Of a DNA stretch of 64,000 nucleotides, positions 29,208 through 38,073 are shown one piece after another. The position numbers and the translations under genes are program-made. The stretch is taken from the IMG/VR virus record IMGVR_UViG_3300021168_000001, positions 1-64,000 of that record; one strand, 5' to 3'. Source of the DNA: a virus. Numbering within the stretch: the stretch's first letter is position 1; each line of letters starts with the position of its first letter. Under the pieces are notes generated by a model, which worked only from the letters and a program-made list of their open reading frames with translations, had not been told where the DNA came from and ran no database searches.

Positions 29208-29236
29208 ATCGGTCTGGGTTGTGCTATCGTCCTCTC

Positions 29237-29899
29237 ATGCGGTTAATCGATCTTTCTGGCCGTCGATTCGGTCGTCTTACGGTTCTGTCTCAAGACCGAA
29301 CAAATCTCATTCTTCGCTGGCTCTGTCAGTGCGACTGTGGCAACACGAAGATTGTCTCACCCGATGTTCTCAGAAGTGGGCGTGTTGTAAGTTGCGGTTG
29401 CCGAATGCGAGAAACAATTGCGGATCGAATTCGCGCAAATACAACACATGGTCACGCTGCGAATGGCGGCACTCGGACGCACCATATATGGAACGGCATG
29501 AGGGCCCGATGTAGCAACCCGAACGCGCAATATTACAAAGACTATGGAGGCCGGGGAATCATAGTCTGTCAACGATGGATAGACAGCTTTGAAAACTTCC
29601 TCGCTGACATGGGAGAGTGCCCTCCAGGCAAGAGCATTGATCGCTATCCTAACAAGGATGGCAACTACGAGCCCGGCAACTGCCGCTGGGCCAACGCCAA
29701 AGAGCAAGCCGAGAATCGCCGACCGCGTTCGGTTCAGAACCGCAACGCCTTTCAGATCACTCACAACGGTAAAACGATGACCATAAAAGACTGGTCTAAA
29801 GAGATTGGAATCAAACCGCAAACAATTCATGCTCGCCTTGCTGCAGGCTACACCATTGCTCAAGCCTTAGATATGCCAGCTAACGCGAAGCGCCACTAA
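29237..29899 (+). CDS. HNH-type homing endonuclease, antisense to the tail operon
   Basis: DLSGRRFGRLTV, CQCDCG, SCGC, YGGRGI.VC.RW, SIDR..N.DGNYEPGNCRWA..EQ..N. Confidence 0.9.
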   Translation: MRLIDLSGRRFGRLTVLSQDRTNLILRWLCQCDCGNTKIVSPDVLRSGRVVSCGCRMRETIADRIRANTTHGHAANGGTRTHHIWNGMRARCSNPNAQYYKDYGGRGIIVCQRWIDSFENFLADMGECPPGKSIDRYPNKDGNYEPGNCRWANAKEQAENRRPRSVQNRNAFQITHNGKTMTIKDWSKEIGIKPQTIHARLAAGYTIAQALDMPANAKRH

Positions 29900-30132
29900 C
29901 GTTTCCTCATTGCCTCTTCCCACTCGGCTTTGCGTTTCTGGTTTTCTTCGCGTACATCTAGGAACTCGTGAGCGTCGATCAGATCGGCAACGGTGTAGGT
30001 TCCATCGTGCATTTCATGTTGTCTCCACAGGCCGGCGCCGACCGGCCGCCACAGGAAAGGATCAATCGTAGGAAACGGAACTGGATCGAATCCTAAGGAA
30101 TCGGTTCCCCAGTTCCGGTCTCGGAAAAAAAA
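29896..30132 (-). CDS. tail assembly chaperone, frameshift extension (GT part)
   Basis: FLWRPV..G....E..DGTY...DL....E.LD; reachable by a -1 shift from the upstream ORF. Confidence 0.75.
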   Translation of the reverse strand, partial: FFFRDRNWGTDSLGFDPVPFPTIDPFLWRPVGAGLWRQHEMHDGTYTVADLIDAHEFLDVREENQKRKAEWEEAMRKR

Positions 30133-30536
30133 CTCGCGAAGTTGAATACACACACCTCGATCATCAACTTTACGATCAACGAATGATTTGCGGCGATCTG
30201 CCTATCTGCCCACCGCCCATCATCGCTCATGAACGGCATTGGCAACTCATTCTCCATCTTCCGGGTCACCATCATGCAGTGCCGCTGAATGAACTGGAAG
30301 AGATCGAAAGTCATCGTTCCGGAAAAGACGACGAAGCACAAAGCCCGGATACGGTCTTCTGGCGTAATCTCCTTTTTCGGTTCCTTCGGCTCCTCCGATA
30401 TCTGAGGCGCGTTCTGCGCGGCCTTCGCGGCCTCGCCCATCAAACGCATAAGAATAAAGCTGCCCACGTCAGCGGGCAGCCTGTTGATCTGGAAATTGTG
30501 GCCATTTAGCGGCACGACTTTCGATTGTTCGATCAT
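30093..30536 (-). CDS. tail assembly chaperone (G)
   Basis: Lies between tube and tape measure; ends NFASFF over a T8 run. Confidence 0.8.
   Translation of the reverse strand: MIEQSKVVPLNGHNFQINRLPADVGSFILMRLMGEAAKAAQNAPQISEEPKEPKKEITPEDRIRALCFVVFSGTMTFDLFQFIQRHCMMVTRKMENELPMPFMSDDGRWADRQIAANHSLIVKLMIEVCVFNFASFFSETGTGEPIP
30124..30133 (-). other. -1 programmed frameshift slippery site (T TTT TTT)
   Basis: AGT TTT TTT TCC (frame 0) versus TTT TTT TTC CGA (-1 frame, open to 29896). Confidence 0.75.
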
Positions 30537-30549
30537 TGAATCCTCGGGT

Positions 30550-31005
30550 TTAGCTGTTGTCGACGTCGGCGGCCATGAGGGACCACGTTACGCGTTGGCC
30601 CTGCGCCTGGTAGGGCTTATCAGGAACCTTCGTGAAACTGACCCCAGCGAGAATGTGGGTTGACCCATCGAGGAGGGTGCGGAAAGAGATGATGGTCGCA
30701 GCCCATCCAGAAATGTCATCGGCATTGGCCGCAGTCTCGAGCAGATTATAGAGCGCCAGCATCTCGTGATGCAGCAACGATGTTTGCTGTATCTCTATTG
30801 ACACTGCTCCGTTGCGCCCGGCGATGTAGGACGGCATCACCGTTCCATCTGAACCCACGTCATGAGAGGTGCGTTCAGTCGCCATCGTTATCGTGATCGA
30901 ACCATTGCCGATGTTTCCGCCAGTGAGCGGAATTGTCGTTCCGGCAACGGTGTTTACGAGAACGCCGACCAGGTCTTTGAACGAATAGGTTGTGCTGATT
31001 CCCAT
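30550..31005 (-). CDS. tail tube protein (DUF3277-like)
   Basis: TYSFKD, VGSDG, G.VSI...QTS, K.PD..Y, W; follows the sheath. Confidence 0.85.
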   Translation of the reverse strand: MGISTTYSFKDLVGVLVNTVAGTTIPLTGGNIGNGSITITMATERTSHDVGSDGTVMPSYIAGRNGAVSIEIQQTSLLHHEMLALYNLLETAANADDISGWAATIISFRTLLDGSTHILAGVSFTKVPDKPYQAQGQRVTWSLMAADVDNS

Positions 31006-31021
31006 TGTGTCCTCTCAAAAG

Positions 31022-32422
31022 TTACAGCTGGGTGTAGACACCAATCACCAGGCTCAAGGTCGCCCCTGAGGTGATGATGAAAACGTAGAGTGGCATCGCT
31101 CTTCCGGCCGCGCGATCGGAATCCAGTTGCTGCGAATAAGGCTGCGCAAGAACCAGATATCCAAGCGGAATGGCTTGCCCGTTCGTGACCTGCACTCCAG
31201 GAATATTGAAGGACAGACCCTCCCAGGTACCTCCCGACAAGAACCCAATCGTCGCCAACAGCGCACAGGCCTGCTGCGCAGCCTGAATGAGAAGATGCTC
31301 ACCGGCATTGGTTTGCGGAACAGCCGGCGTGCTTTGCAACACATTCATCTCGTTGATCTGCATGTTGTTGACGAGGATTGCCAGATAGAGCCAGAGATAG
31401 GACGGAGCTCCATTTGACATGATGCCCGGTTCGTAAAGTTTGAACGGCGCGAAATTGCAGTACACATTCCCACCGGCAGACTTGATGTTCGTGAATTGCG
31501 TCTCGGTCAACTGCTCCGGCGCGACTCCCGGCAACACCTTGTGCGCGCTGGTGAAGAAGCTGTTTGCCAGACCGGTCTGGAGTCCCATCTCTACACCCAT
31601 GACCGCGGCGGCAGCATAGACGTTGTTTGGGAACAAACCTCCCTGATTCGTCGCGTAAGTCATCAGCACGCGCAGCGCGAGGGTCTGGATTTGGAGGAAT
31701 AGATTGTTCGCCGTGCCTGCCGGGATCGCGGCATCGTTCGACCACCCGTAGTAGCGGGTACTCATCCAAAGTGGATCGGCCCATTCAGCGAGCGCGAGAT
31801 TATCGGCATCGACCGGGTTGCACACCATGACACCGTAAAATGCATTGCTCGCAATCCGGCATGCTTCCGTGGCTTGCAGCAGGCTCTCACCGATCGCAGT
31901 GATGTCAACTTGCAGCCCGGTTCCCGTGCCGCCAGTAGTGCTCAGGCTGGCCGCAACCGAATAGCCGGTTCCTTGACCGCCAATGATATTGGCCACCAGT
32001 GCTGTGACAGCTCCTCCTGTAACGGCCGTCACCGTCGCCTGTCCGTGCGAGGCGCCACCCTGGACAATATTCACGATGTCGCCGACGACATATCCAGTGC
32101 CACCAGCTCCTGAATGCGGGATCAGCGATTGGATGGCGGTCAGGTCCTGACGACCGATCCATACAAAGGCAGCAGCCGGCGTCGGCGAGAAATATAGTTG
32201 CGCGGAAATTAATTCCGGATCGGTATTCAGAAACCCATCGCTCTGCATCGCCGTCGTGCTGGCATACTTGCGCAGCCGCGCGTTGGCTCCATAGGAAGGG
32301 ATGTGCGTGCTCGACCCGACAATGAGCCCCTGATTGAACGAATTAGCCGAGGCCGCGCTGGGAGCCACTTGAACAGTGAGATCGACAATGTCTTGAAGCG
32401 ATAGAGGAGGCGTAGTGCTCAT
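31022..32422 (-). CDS. contractile tail sheath (DUF3383-like) with inserted beta domain
   Basis: LSL.DIV, DGF...PE...A..YFS..P....IGR, K.L.GV, N.Y, G.M.NG, PQT..G, DR..R. Confidence 0.85.
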   Translation of the reverse strand: MSTTPPLSLQDIVDLTVQVAPSAASANSFNQGLIVGSSTHIPSYGANARLRKYASTTAMQSDGFLNTDPELISAQLYFSPTPAAAFVWIGRQDLTAIQSLIPHSGAGGTGYVVGDIVNIVQGGASHGQATVTAVTGGAVTALVANIIGGQGTGYSVAASLSTTGGTGTGLQVDITAIGESLLQATEACRIASNAFYGVMVCNPVDADNLALAEWADPLWMSTRYYGWSNDAAIPAGTANNLFLQIQTLALRVLMTYATNQGGLFPNNVYAAAAVMGVEMGLQTGLANSFFTSAHKVLPGVAPEQLTETQFTNIKSAGGNVYCNFAPFKLYEPGIMSNGAPSYLWLYLAILVNNMQINEMNVLQSTPAVPQTNAGEHLLIQAAQQACALLATIGFLSGGTWEGLSFNIPGVQVTNGQAIPLGYLVLAQPYSQQLDSDRAAGRAMPLYVFIITSGATLSLVIGVYTQL

Positions 32423-32436
32423 AGATTCGTTTGCTC

Positions 32437-33060
32437 CTAGCTTGAAATGGTTACGTCGGCTTGTTCGCCGTCCTTGTCGTACACCTTCACCTCGACGCTG
32501 GTAACGATGCCATCGTTGATGGTTTCGGCAATCTGTTCATACATCTCAACGTGGAAGTCGGCACGGTCCCACCACTGGGCATTGCGCTCCTCTTTCATCC
32601 TGGTCGGCTCCGGAGCGTCGGGTACTGGAAACAGATTCTGCAGCGCCAGTTGATCGCTAAAGTAGTCGACGAATAAAACAGCAGTATTTACCATCCGCGC
32701 GCGATCGATGCAGTTCGGCCCATAAAACGTCCAAGCGATCTCCCAGGCTCTGGTGTACAACCAGTTCTCAGTGAGGATCTTGACAGGAGGAGATCCGGAT
32801 GTGCTCTGCGTCAACTGTCTATCGCGTACCTGCGAATATGGATTGTGATGAGTCGTGCACTTCAAATAACAGATGTCGGCCTCGATGTCCTGAAATGGCT
32901 GCCCCTCTTCAGGCCAATCTAGTCGCACCATGAATGGATTATCTGGAACAATTCCCAGCATTCCGCACGTCAACGACTGCATCAATTTATCGATTGCATT
33001 TTGCGTCAGCGCCGAACTTATCAGTTGCTGCCCACTCGGGTATTTAGCTGTCGTTGTCAT
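32437..33060 (-). CDS. neck/tail terminator protein
   Basis: VR..W...GQP, TFYGPN, E...QWW.R.D; position upstream of the sheath. Confidence 0.75.
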   Translation of the reverse strand: MTTTAKYPSGQQLISSALTQNAIDKLMQSLTCGMLGIVPDNPFMVRLDWPEEGQPFQDIEADICYLKCTTHHNPYSQVRDRQLTQSTSGSPPVKILTENWLYTRAWEIAWTFYGPNCIDRARMVNTAVLFVDYFSDQLALQNLFPVPDAPEPTRMKEERNAQWWDRADFHVEMYEQIAETINDGIVTSVEVKVYDKDGEQADVTISS

Positions 33061-33647
33061 GTCGCATTCATCCGCGTGCCGATAGCTTTGAAGTATCCAC
33101 TTCCCGGATAGTGCTTTACTGCCAGCACGCGATACTGTTCGCCCTTCGGTGGGTACACAATGATGTCAGCTGCATTGATTCCAACTTGCTGAATCGCCGG
33201 CCACGTCACATATAAGGGATCTTTGGCCGTAAACATCAAAGTTACCGTCTGACCGCTGATCGTGTAATCAACTCCTGGCTCTTGTAGAAGACCGTCGTAA
33301 AACAAATTGATATTTCCATTCGGAGGAAGCGACGAAAGGACAAACACACTACCGGGTAGCGTTCCTTCCGGAACCTCTCCATGCGTCGTCAGCACCGGTG
33401 CTTTGCCACGTGTCGTGAATATCGGTTGCGTAGCCCAGAATGCAAACAGTTGCGACAGGCGGTCGGCTTCAGGAACCATTTGCGCGTCGAGATCCGTCGC
33501 CGGCTGCACTGGCCCCACATCTGGAATCTCTATCTTCTGATCCGTGAAACCTCCAGCCACAAATTCAGCCTGGATCGATCGAAGAATAGTGAATGGCTGC
33601 GGCGCCTGTAAGTCTACGTCCGCTACGACTTCAGATACGTCGATCAT
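33057..33647 (-). CDS. head closure protein with inserted beta module
   Basis: IDVSEVV.D.D, VQPA...D...VPE.DR, D.I.Y....YRV....Y...GY. Confidence 0.7.
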   Translation of the reverse strand: MIDVSEVVADVDLQAPQPFTILRSIQAEFVAGGFTDQKIEIPDVGPVQPATDLDAQMVPEADRLSQLFAFWATQPIFTTRGKAPVLTTHGEVPEGTLPGSVFVLSSLPPNGNINLFYDGLLQEPGVDYTISGQTVTLMFTAKDPLYVTWPAIQQVGINAADIIVYPPKGEQYRVLAVKHYPGSGYFKAIGTRMNAT

Positions 33648-33648
33648 T

Positions 33649-34146
33649 CTAATTCCCCAGCGCGATAAAGAATGCGGACGCTCCCGCTCCGTTCGCCAGG
33701 ATCGTGCATTGACTTCTGCTCACAACCGTCGTTCCCATGGTGCGAGGGTTACCGGAGGTCGCAAAAGAGCTGTTGTCATTCGCGACGACACCAAAACACT
33801 GGGTCGGGAAAGCGGGCGAAAAGTTTACGGTGGTTGGTGTGTTATTCCCAAGCCCAGAAGCAGTTCCCCATTGGATCATGAATCCGCCAAGCCATTGCGG
33901 AAGCTGGAAATATCCGTTCGCTCCAAAGGAAAAGGCGAGCCCGAACTTGGCCCAGAAAGTATTGACGATGGCCGTGCTACTGTCTCCTTGCGACACGGAC
34001 GGGCCATTCATGCTACTGGTGGCTGTGAATTCAGCGCACTGCAAATTCGAAATGTTGCCCGTCGCTGGCGGCGTTGTCCCGCCTATCGTCACACCATCAA
34101 AAGAAGAATCACCGACGATCGCAACGCTCCGCAATTTGGTGGTCAT
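33649..34146 (-). CDS. short fibre-tip protein (gp53-like C-terminal domain)
   Basis: GDSST.I.NT.W, NGY..LP..GG..IQWG, F..AFP..CF, FIALG; start at MTTKLR with AGGA RBS. Confidence 0.75.
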   Translation of the reverse strand: MTTKLRSVAIVGDSSFDGVTIGGTTPPATGNISNLQCAEFTATSSMNGPSVSQGDSSTAIVNTFWAKFGLAFSFGANGYFQLPQWLGGFMIQWGTASGLGNNTPTTVNFSPAFPTQCFGVVANDNSSFATSGNPRTMGTTVVSRSQCTILANGAGASAFFIALGN

Positions 34147-34189
34147 TTCAGTCCTTTCGAGATGCCAACGATCGCGTTGCGAACACAAG

Positions 34190-34840
34190 TCACATCACGA
34201 ATAGCATCCCTATTCTTCGTGCCCACTCTGTCTCATCACGATCATACTTTTCAAGGTTGTGACGCCGACAAAGTAACTGCAAGTTCCAGATTCCGTCTGA
34301 CCCGCCCTTGGATAAGGGCGTTACATGGTCGATGTGGTACTTGTTCTTTCCCTTTGAAGCTATTTTGTAGATACATCCAGGAACCGCGCACTTATGCTTC
34401 TGTCGCTCCCACAACGCCTCGACCTCGGCAACGGTATGGTGCTCATCCGACCCAGCTTTACGTGCACGCCTGATCCGCGCATTGAGCTTGTGCTGCTCTC
34501 TATTCTCATTTCTCCATCGACGTTGCTTATCGAGCCGGGCCTGATGGTCTCGTTCGTAGCGATGCTTGGCGTTTTCAGATAGCCTCTCGCGGTTGGCTTG
34601 GTTCCAGGCACTCTGGCGGCGAGTAATCGATTCCCTGTTTCTCTTTGCTCGATCTTTCGCTTGTGCAGCAATCGTCGCGGCGTTCCTACGGCGATATTCC
34701 TTGTCACTTTCTGACTTGCGCGCTTTGTTCTCTTTTCTCCACGCGCGCTGATATTCGAGATTCTTCTCGCGATTAAGCACGTACCAGTCATGGTACTTTT
34801 CGGCACGCGTTCTCTTGTCGGATAGAATTCGCTCAGGCAT
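34190..34840 (-). CDS. HNH homing endonuclease
   Basis: Basic N-terminal repeats, RRARK, Q..KC..C, HIDHVTPLSKGG...NLQLLC..HN..K. Confidence 0.88.
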   Translation of the reverse strand: MPERILSDKRTRAEKYHDWYVLNREKNLEYQRAWRKENKARKSESDKEYRRRNAATIAAQAKDRAKRNRESITRRQSAWNQANRERLSENAKHRYERDHQARLDKQRRWRNENREQHKLNARIRRARKAGSDEHHTVAEVEALWERQKHKCAVPGCIYKIASKGKNKYHIDHVTPLSKGGSDGIWNLQLLCRRHNLEKYDRDETEWARRIGMLFVM

Positions 34841-34904
34841 CCTCGATCTCCAATCCAGATCGGATGTTCAGGCTCGCTGGGATGTATCAGCATCCCAGTG
34901 AGCC
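34838..34904 (-). promoter_or_regulatory. tandem hairpins upstream of, and overlapping, the HNH start
   Basis: 14-bp stem at 34871-34904; CATCCGATC pairs with GATCGAGGATG, which contains the ATG. Confidence 0.55.
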
Positions 34905-34917
34905 GCTGAAACCAAGT

Positions 34918-35487
34918 TTAATCCTTGCTCACGATACCCACAATCGCAGATCTCAAGATTCCCATATCGATTAGCGGGCGGTCCGATCCTTTCCTTTTGA
35001 TGGTCTCCGGCTTGTTAGCTGGCCATCCGTTCCGAGGGTCAACGAACCAGCGCCTGGCAGCATTCTGCCCGGCCAGGGCTGCACGTTGCAGCCGCCTTTC
35101 CGCTCCCGCCTGGTCTCCGGCCAATGCTAGCTTTCCAGTCTCGGCAAGCTCGTGAGCGATCGCCTGACGATTTCCATCGGCCATCACAGCGGGTTCCACA
35201 ATCGGACGCGCTGGCAATCTTCTGATCGGCGATCCCTTCGAATGGAGGAACAGCAATTCAGCATTGTTGACGCCTCTTTTTGACTGACTGATCGCCCGTT
35301 CCCGCTTCGACTTAGCTTTTGCGGAGCTTCCCGCGGTGGCTCCGGCGATTGCCAGCAGCGAAGACTGCCGGGAACTCTTATCGGCCGGCACGCCAACATA
35401 GGCCGCCATCTTCTGCATGTTCACGACGGCTTTATAGAAGGACTTTTGATTGCTTTTGCGCGCAACCGTGATCTTGGGTCCCATCAT
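34918..35487 (-). CDS. neck/tail-completion (virion morphogenesis) protein
   Basis: VGVP, NNA.L..LH..GSP...PARP, N.P.TI.RKG...PLID.G.LR.AI. Confidence 0.8.
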   Translation of the reverse strand: MMGPKITVARKSNQKSFYKAVVNMQKMAAYVGVPADKSSRQSSLLAIAGATAGSSAKAKSKRERAISQSKRGVNNAELLFLHSKGSPIRRLPARPIVEPAVMADGNRQAIAHELAETGKLALAGDQAGAERRLQRAALAGQNAARRWFVDPRNGWPANKPETIKRKGSDRPLIDMGILRSAIVGIVSKD

Positions 35488-35490
35488 GAT

Positions 35491-35655
35491 TCAATCCAGT
35501 CGCGCTGCCTGTTGATAGTGGGTCTTCAGGTTGTTCAGCTTATCTTGAATTGCTGCGCCTTGCGTTCCCTGAGTGTGCAGTTCCTGAAGACATCCAATCA
35601 CCTCGCCCAACAATTCGAAGATGTCTTCGAGGTGCTCTTTCAACCTTGGATCCAT
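35491..35655 (-). CDS. small hypothetical protein (54 aa, below the ORF-track cutoff)
   Basis: AAAGGA RBS; MDPRLKEHLEDIFELL...; fills the gap exactly. Confidence 0.6.
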   Translation of the reverse strand: MDPRLKEHLEDIFELLGEVIGCLQELHTQGTQGAAIQDKLNNLKTHYQQAARLD

Positions 35656-35667
35656 CGTGGTTTCCTT

Positions 35668-35961
35668 TCAAACTCTCACCCATTTTCCGTTCTGAACAAA
35701 CCCATGGTCTGCGCAGTGACAAAGGAACGACGGCACCAGCGTCGGCGCTTCTGGTGTTCCGCTCAACTGCCACACATGGTGCATAGTTCCACAGGCTTCG
35801 TTATAGCGATTATCCGTCCAGAAACTTCCGGCGCATAATCCCGTTTCACTCGTTGATCTCGTGTGGTGAATGATGCCGCCGCATCGCTGACCCTGGAACT
35901 CAGTCCATCGAATCCAGTGACCATCTCCGAGATCGACATCGAAACGTTCCGGAATCACCAT
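35668..35961 (-). CDS. small Zn-binding protein (DUF6527-like)
   Basis: W...G....PTL.PS...C..HG.V.NG.W. Confidence 0.65.
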   Translation of the reverse strand: MVIPERFDVDLGDGHWIRWTEFQGQRCGGIIHHTRSTSETGLCAGSFWTDNRYNEACGTMHHVWQLSGTPEAPTLVPSFLCHCADHGFVQNGKWVRV

Positions 35962-36938
35962 ATGAGCGCGGGCCCCGATCCGATCACTCGCGCCATGTCC
36001 GCCAACTGCTGGCCATAGATAGTCAAATTGAACTGGCCCCAGTCCTCTAATGCGACAAGAGGCGTGAAGCTCTCACTGACATCACCGACGCTCTTCGAAA
36101 CCTGAATACCATTGGCGATGCCCTGTGCGGCGAGCTGCGCGGCATTCGGATATCCAGTGCTCTGCACTGCGATCTGCGTTGTCCAGGTAGCGCGTAACTT
36201 GTCGCCTGTTTGAACAGTGGTCGCCATCGTTATGGTGGCGCCGTTTAGCACATAGTCTGCGCCGACACCGGGCGTCTGGAATGCGCCATTCCAAAACAGG
36301 TCAATGATTCCTCCAGGTGGAATCATACTCAGCATGAAGACTGTTGCCGGCAGGCCTCCTGTCGGAACCGGTACCTCACCATGCAGCGCGGCCTGAAGGA
36401 TCGTCGTTACTTTTGAGGCTGACTTCGCGAACAGCGTGCAATAGTGCGCCACAAACCATGAGATCGCGATAAACCAGGCATCCTGCCATCGTGCCTGCAC
36501 CAGCGAAGCAACCGCGAGGTTGATGTAGATCTGGATCACTGTCGTTGGTATCGGCGGCGTCTCGTAGACCGTCAGCGGAATGTTCGACTGCGTGGCTGTG
36601 GCCTGATTTGAAACGGTTATCTGGTTATTGCCGATTGCCGTGATCACTGTGCCCTTCGGCAGCCCAGCAGCCTGCAAAAACTGATTGATGGATAGGCCTG
36701 ATGTGCTCGGCACGGTGACCGTCTGCGATCCGTTCGTGGTCCCGGCTCCTGGAACCAGCGTAGGAGCTCCGAAAAAGTTCGGATATATGCTCAGAAAGTC
36801 ATCGAGGTAGTAAGGCGGATTCTGTCCGAATACGAAGTTTATTGCGACTGGGAACCCTGGCGTCCCGCCCACTTCCCAACTCCATCCCCAACACTCATTG
36901 ACGAATTGGTTGAAGTCGGGCCATCGCATAGTTCCCAT
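35955..36938 (-). CDS. head-tail adaptor (DUF4054-like) with two inserted domains
   Basis: DF...YP.F, RW, W.......FVAHY, SKSVGDVS.S, WG..N.T.YGQQ. Confidence 0.8.
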   Translation of the reverse strand: MGTMRWPDFNQFVNECWGWSWEVGGTPGFPVAINFVFGQNPPYYLDDFLSIYPNFFGAPTLVPGAGTTNGSQTVTVPSTSGLSINQFLQAAGLPKGTVITAIGNNQITVSNQATATQSNIPLTVYETPPIPTTVIQIYINLAVASLVQARWQDAWFIAISWFVAHYCTLFAKSASKVTTILQAALHGEVPVPTGGLPATVFMLSMIPPGGIIDLFWNGAFQTPGVGADYVLNGATITMATTVQTGDKLRATWTTQIAVQSTGYPNAAQLAAQGIANGIQVSKSVGDVSESFTPLVALEDWGQFNLTIYGQQLADMARVIGSGPALIW

Positions 36939-36968
36939 CGCAATTATTCCTCGATTCGTTCCCTTTTT

Positions 36969-37394
36969 CTACTTTGTGCCCTGATCGGCAGGCGGCTTTC
37001 CCTGTCCTGGATCCGCAGGCTTGCCACCATCCGGAGCCTTGTTACCCTGGCCTTGTGTTAGACCCTCTGGCGGCTTCGGTCCCTGAGGCTTTTTGCCTTT
37101 GTCGTCATCGCCAGCGGCCAGAGATGCTGCCGCAACAGGTATTGCCGGCGTCATGTCGACGATGCTTTTATCACGGATGCCAACCTTGTAAGTTAGCGTG
37201 TTGGTGATCCAGTCAGGCACCTCAATGACTCTGGGGGGATTTTCGGCCGCGGCGTAGAAACGAAGCTCCTTCTCTACCGATACCTTCTCGCCAGTTGCAA
37301 GCTCGTGTTCCTCGACGACTTCGGATGCCATGAAAATCTTCGAGCGCGTTACATAGATCATCTTCATTTGAAGAACGATCCTTTCTCCCTTCAA
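36969..37394 (-). CDS. hypothetical head-associated protein with disordered tail
   Basis: EVPDWI; Pro/Gly/Lys tail; position after the capsid gene; start uncertain. Confidence 0.6.
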   Translation of the reverse strand: MKGERIVLQMKMIYVTRSKIFMASEVVEEHELATGEKVSVEKELRFYAAAENPPRVIEVPDWITNTLTYKVGIRDKSIVDMTPAIPVAAASLAAGDDDKGKKPQGPKPPEGLTQGQGNKAPDGGKPADPGQGKPPADQGTK

Positions 37395-37403
37395 CGGGGC
37401 GGG

Positions 37404-38066
37404 TTAGATTGTCAGCTTATTGCACTTCCGGCTGTTCTCCGACCCCGTCAATATCTGTAGGTTCCAGGGAACATGCAGGCCGCACACCACATCGCTCTTC
37501 AGCGGGACGATGTGGTCGACATGATGTTCAATGCCGGTTGCTTGCGTCCTGCTCCGGGCCTCGCGATAAAACCCGGCAATCTTTTGTTCGAGCTCTTTCG
37601 AAAGCCACGGCGGAGTCGCATTGAGCTTCGCACTTCGACGCCTGGCATTCTTAGCGTTCATAACTTCCGGGTGATCCCGGTACCACTGTCGGCTGCGTTC
37701 GGCCCATACACCTTTATTGCGCTGATATTGCTGGGACGACATTGCTGCCACTTTACTGCGATTCTTGTCGTACCACTTACGAATGGATCGTTTGTTCGGC
37801 AGCGGATTCTTGGCATAATTTCTGCGTTGCCGCGCTAGAATTTGTATCTTTTCTTCTGCGCTCAGTGAATCGTAATAAGTTTTGCAGTGCCTCCTCGCGA
37901 CCTCTGGTTTTCTCTTTTTGTACTTTCCAGCTGCGATCCGGAGGCATTCATTACAGCTATTATTTGAAACCTGACGTTCTGAAATATGGCCATATGGGCA
38001 GGGCTTGCCAGTGAAATACCGCTTCAGCCCTGCCTCTACAGCCTGTTTACGAGATACGATTTTCAC
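37404..38066 (-). CDS. HNH homing endonuclease
   Basis: RYFTGKPC..GH..ER, ATP.W, HVDHIVPL....VCGLHVPWNLQ....N..K.N. Confidence 0.9.
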   Translation of the reverse strand: MKIVSRKQAVEAGLKRYFTGKPCPYGHISERQVSNNSCNECLRIAAGKYKKRKPEVARRHCKTYYDSLSAEEKIQILARQRRNYAKNPLPNKRSIRKWYDKNRSKVAAMSSQQYQRNKGVWAERSRQWYRDHPEVMNAKNARRRSAKLNATPPWLSKELEQKIAGFYREARSRTQATGIEHHVDHIVPLKSDVVCGLHVPWNLQILTGSENSRKCNKLTI

Positions 38067-38073
38067 ACCTTAG

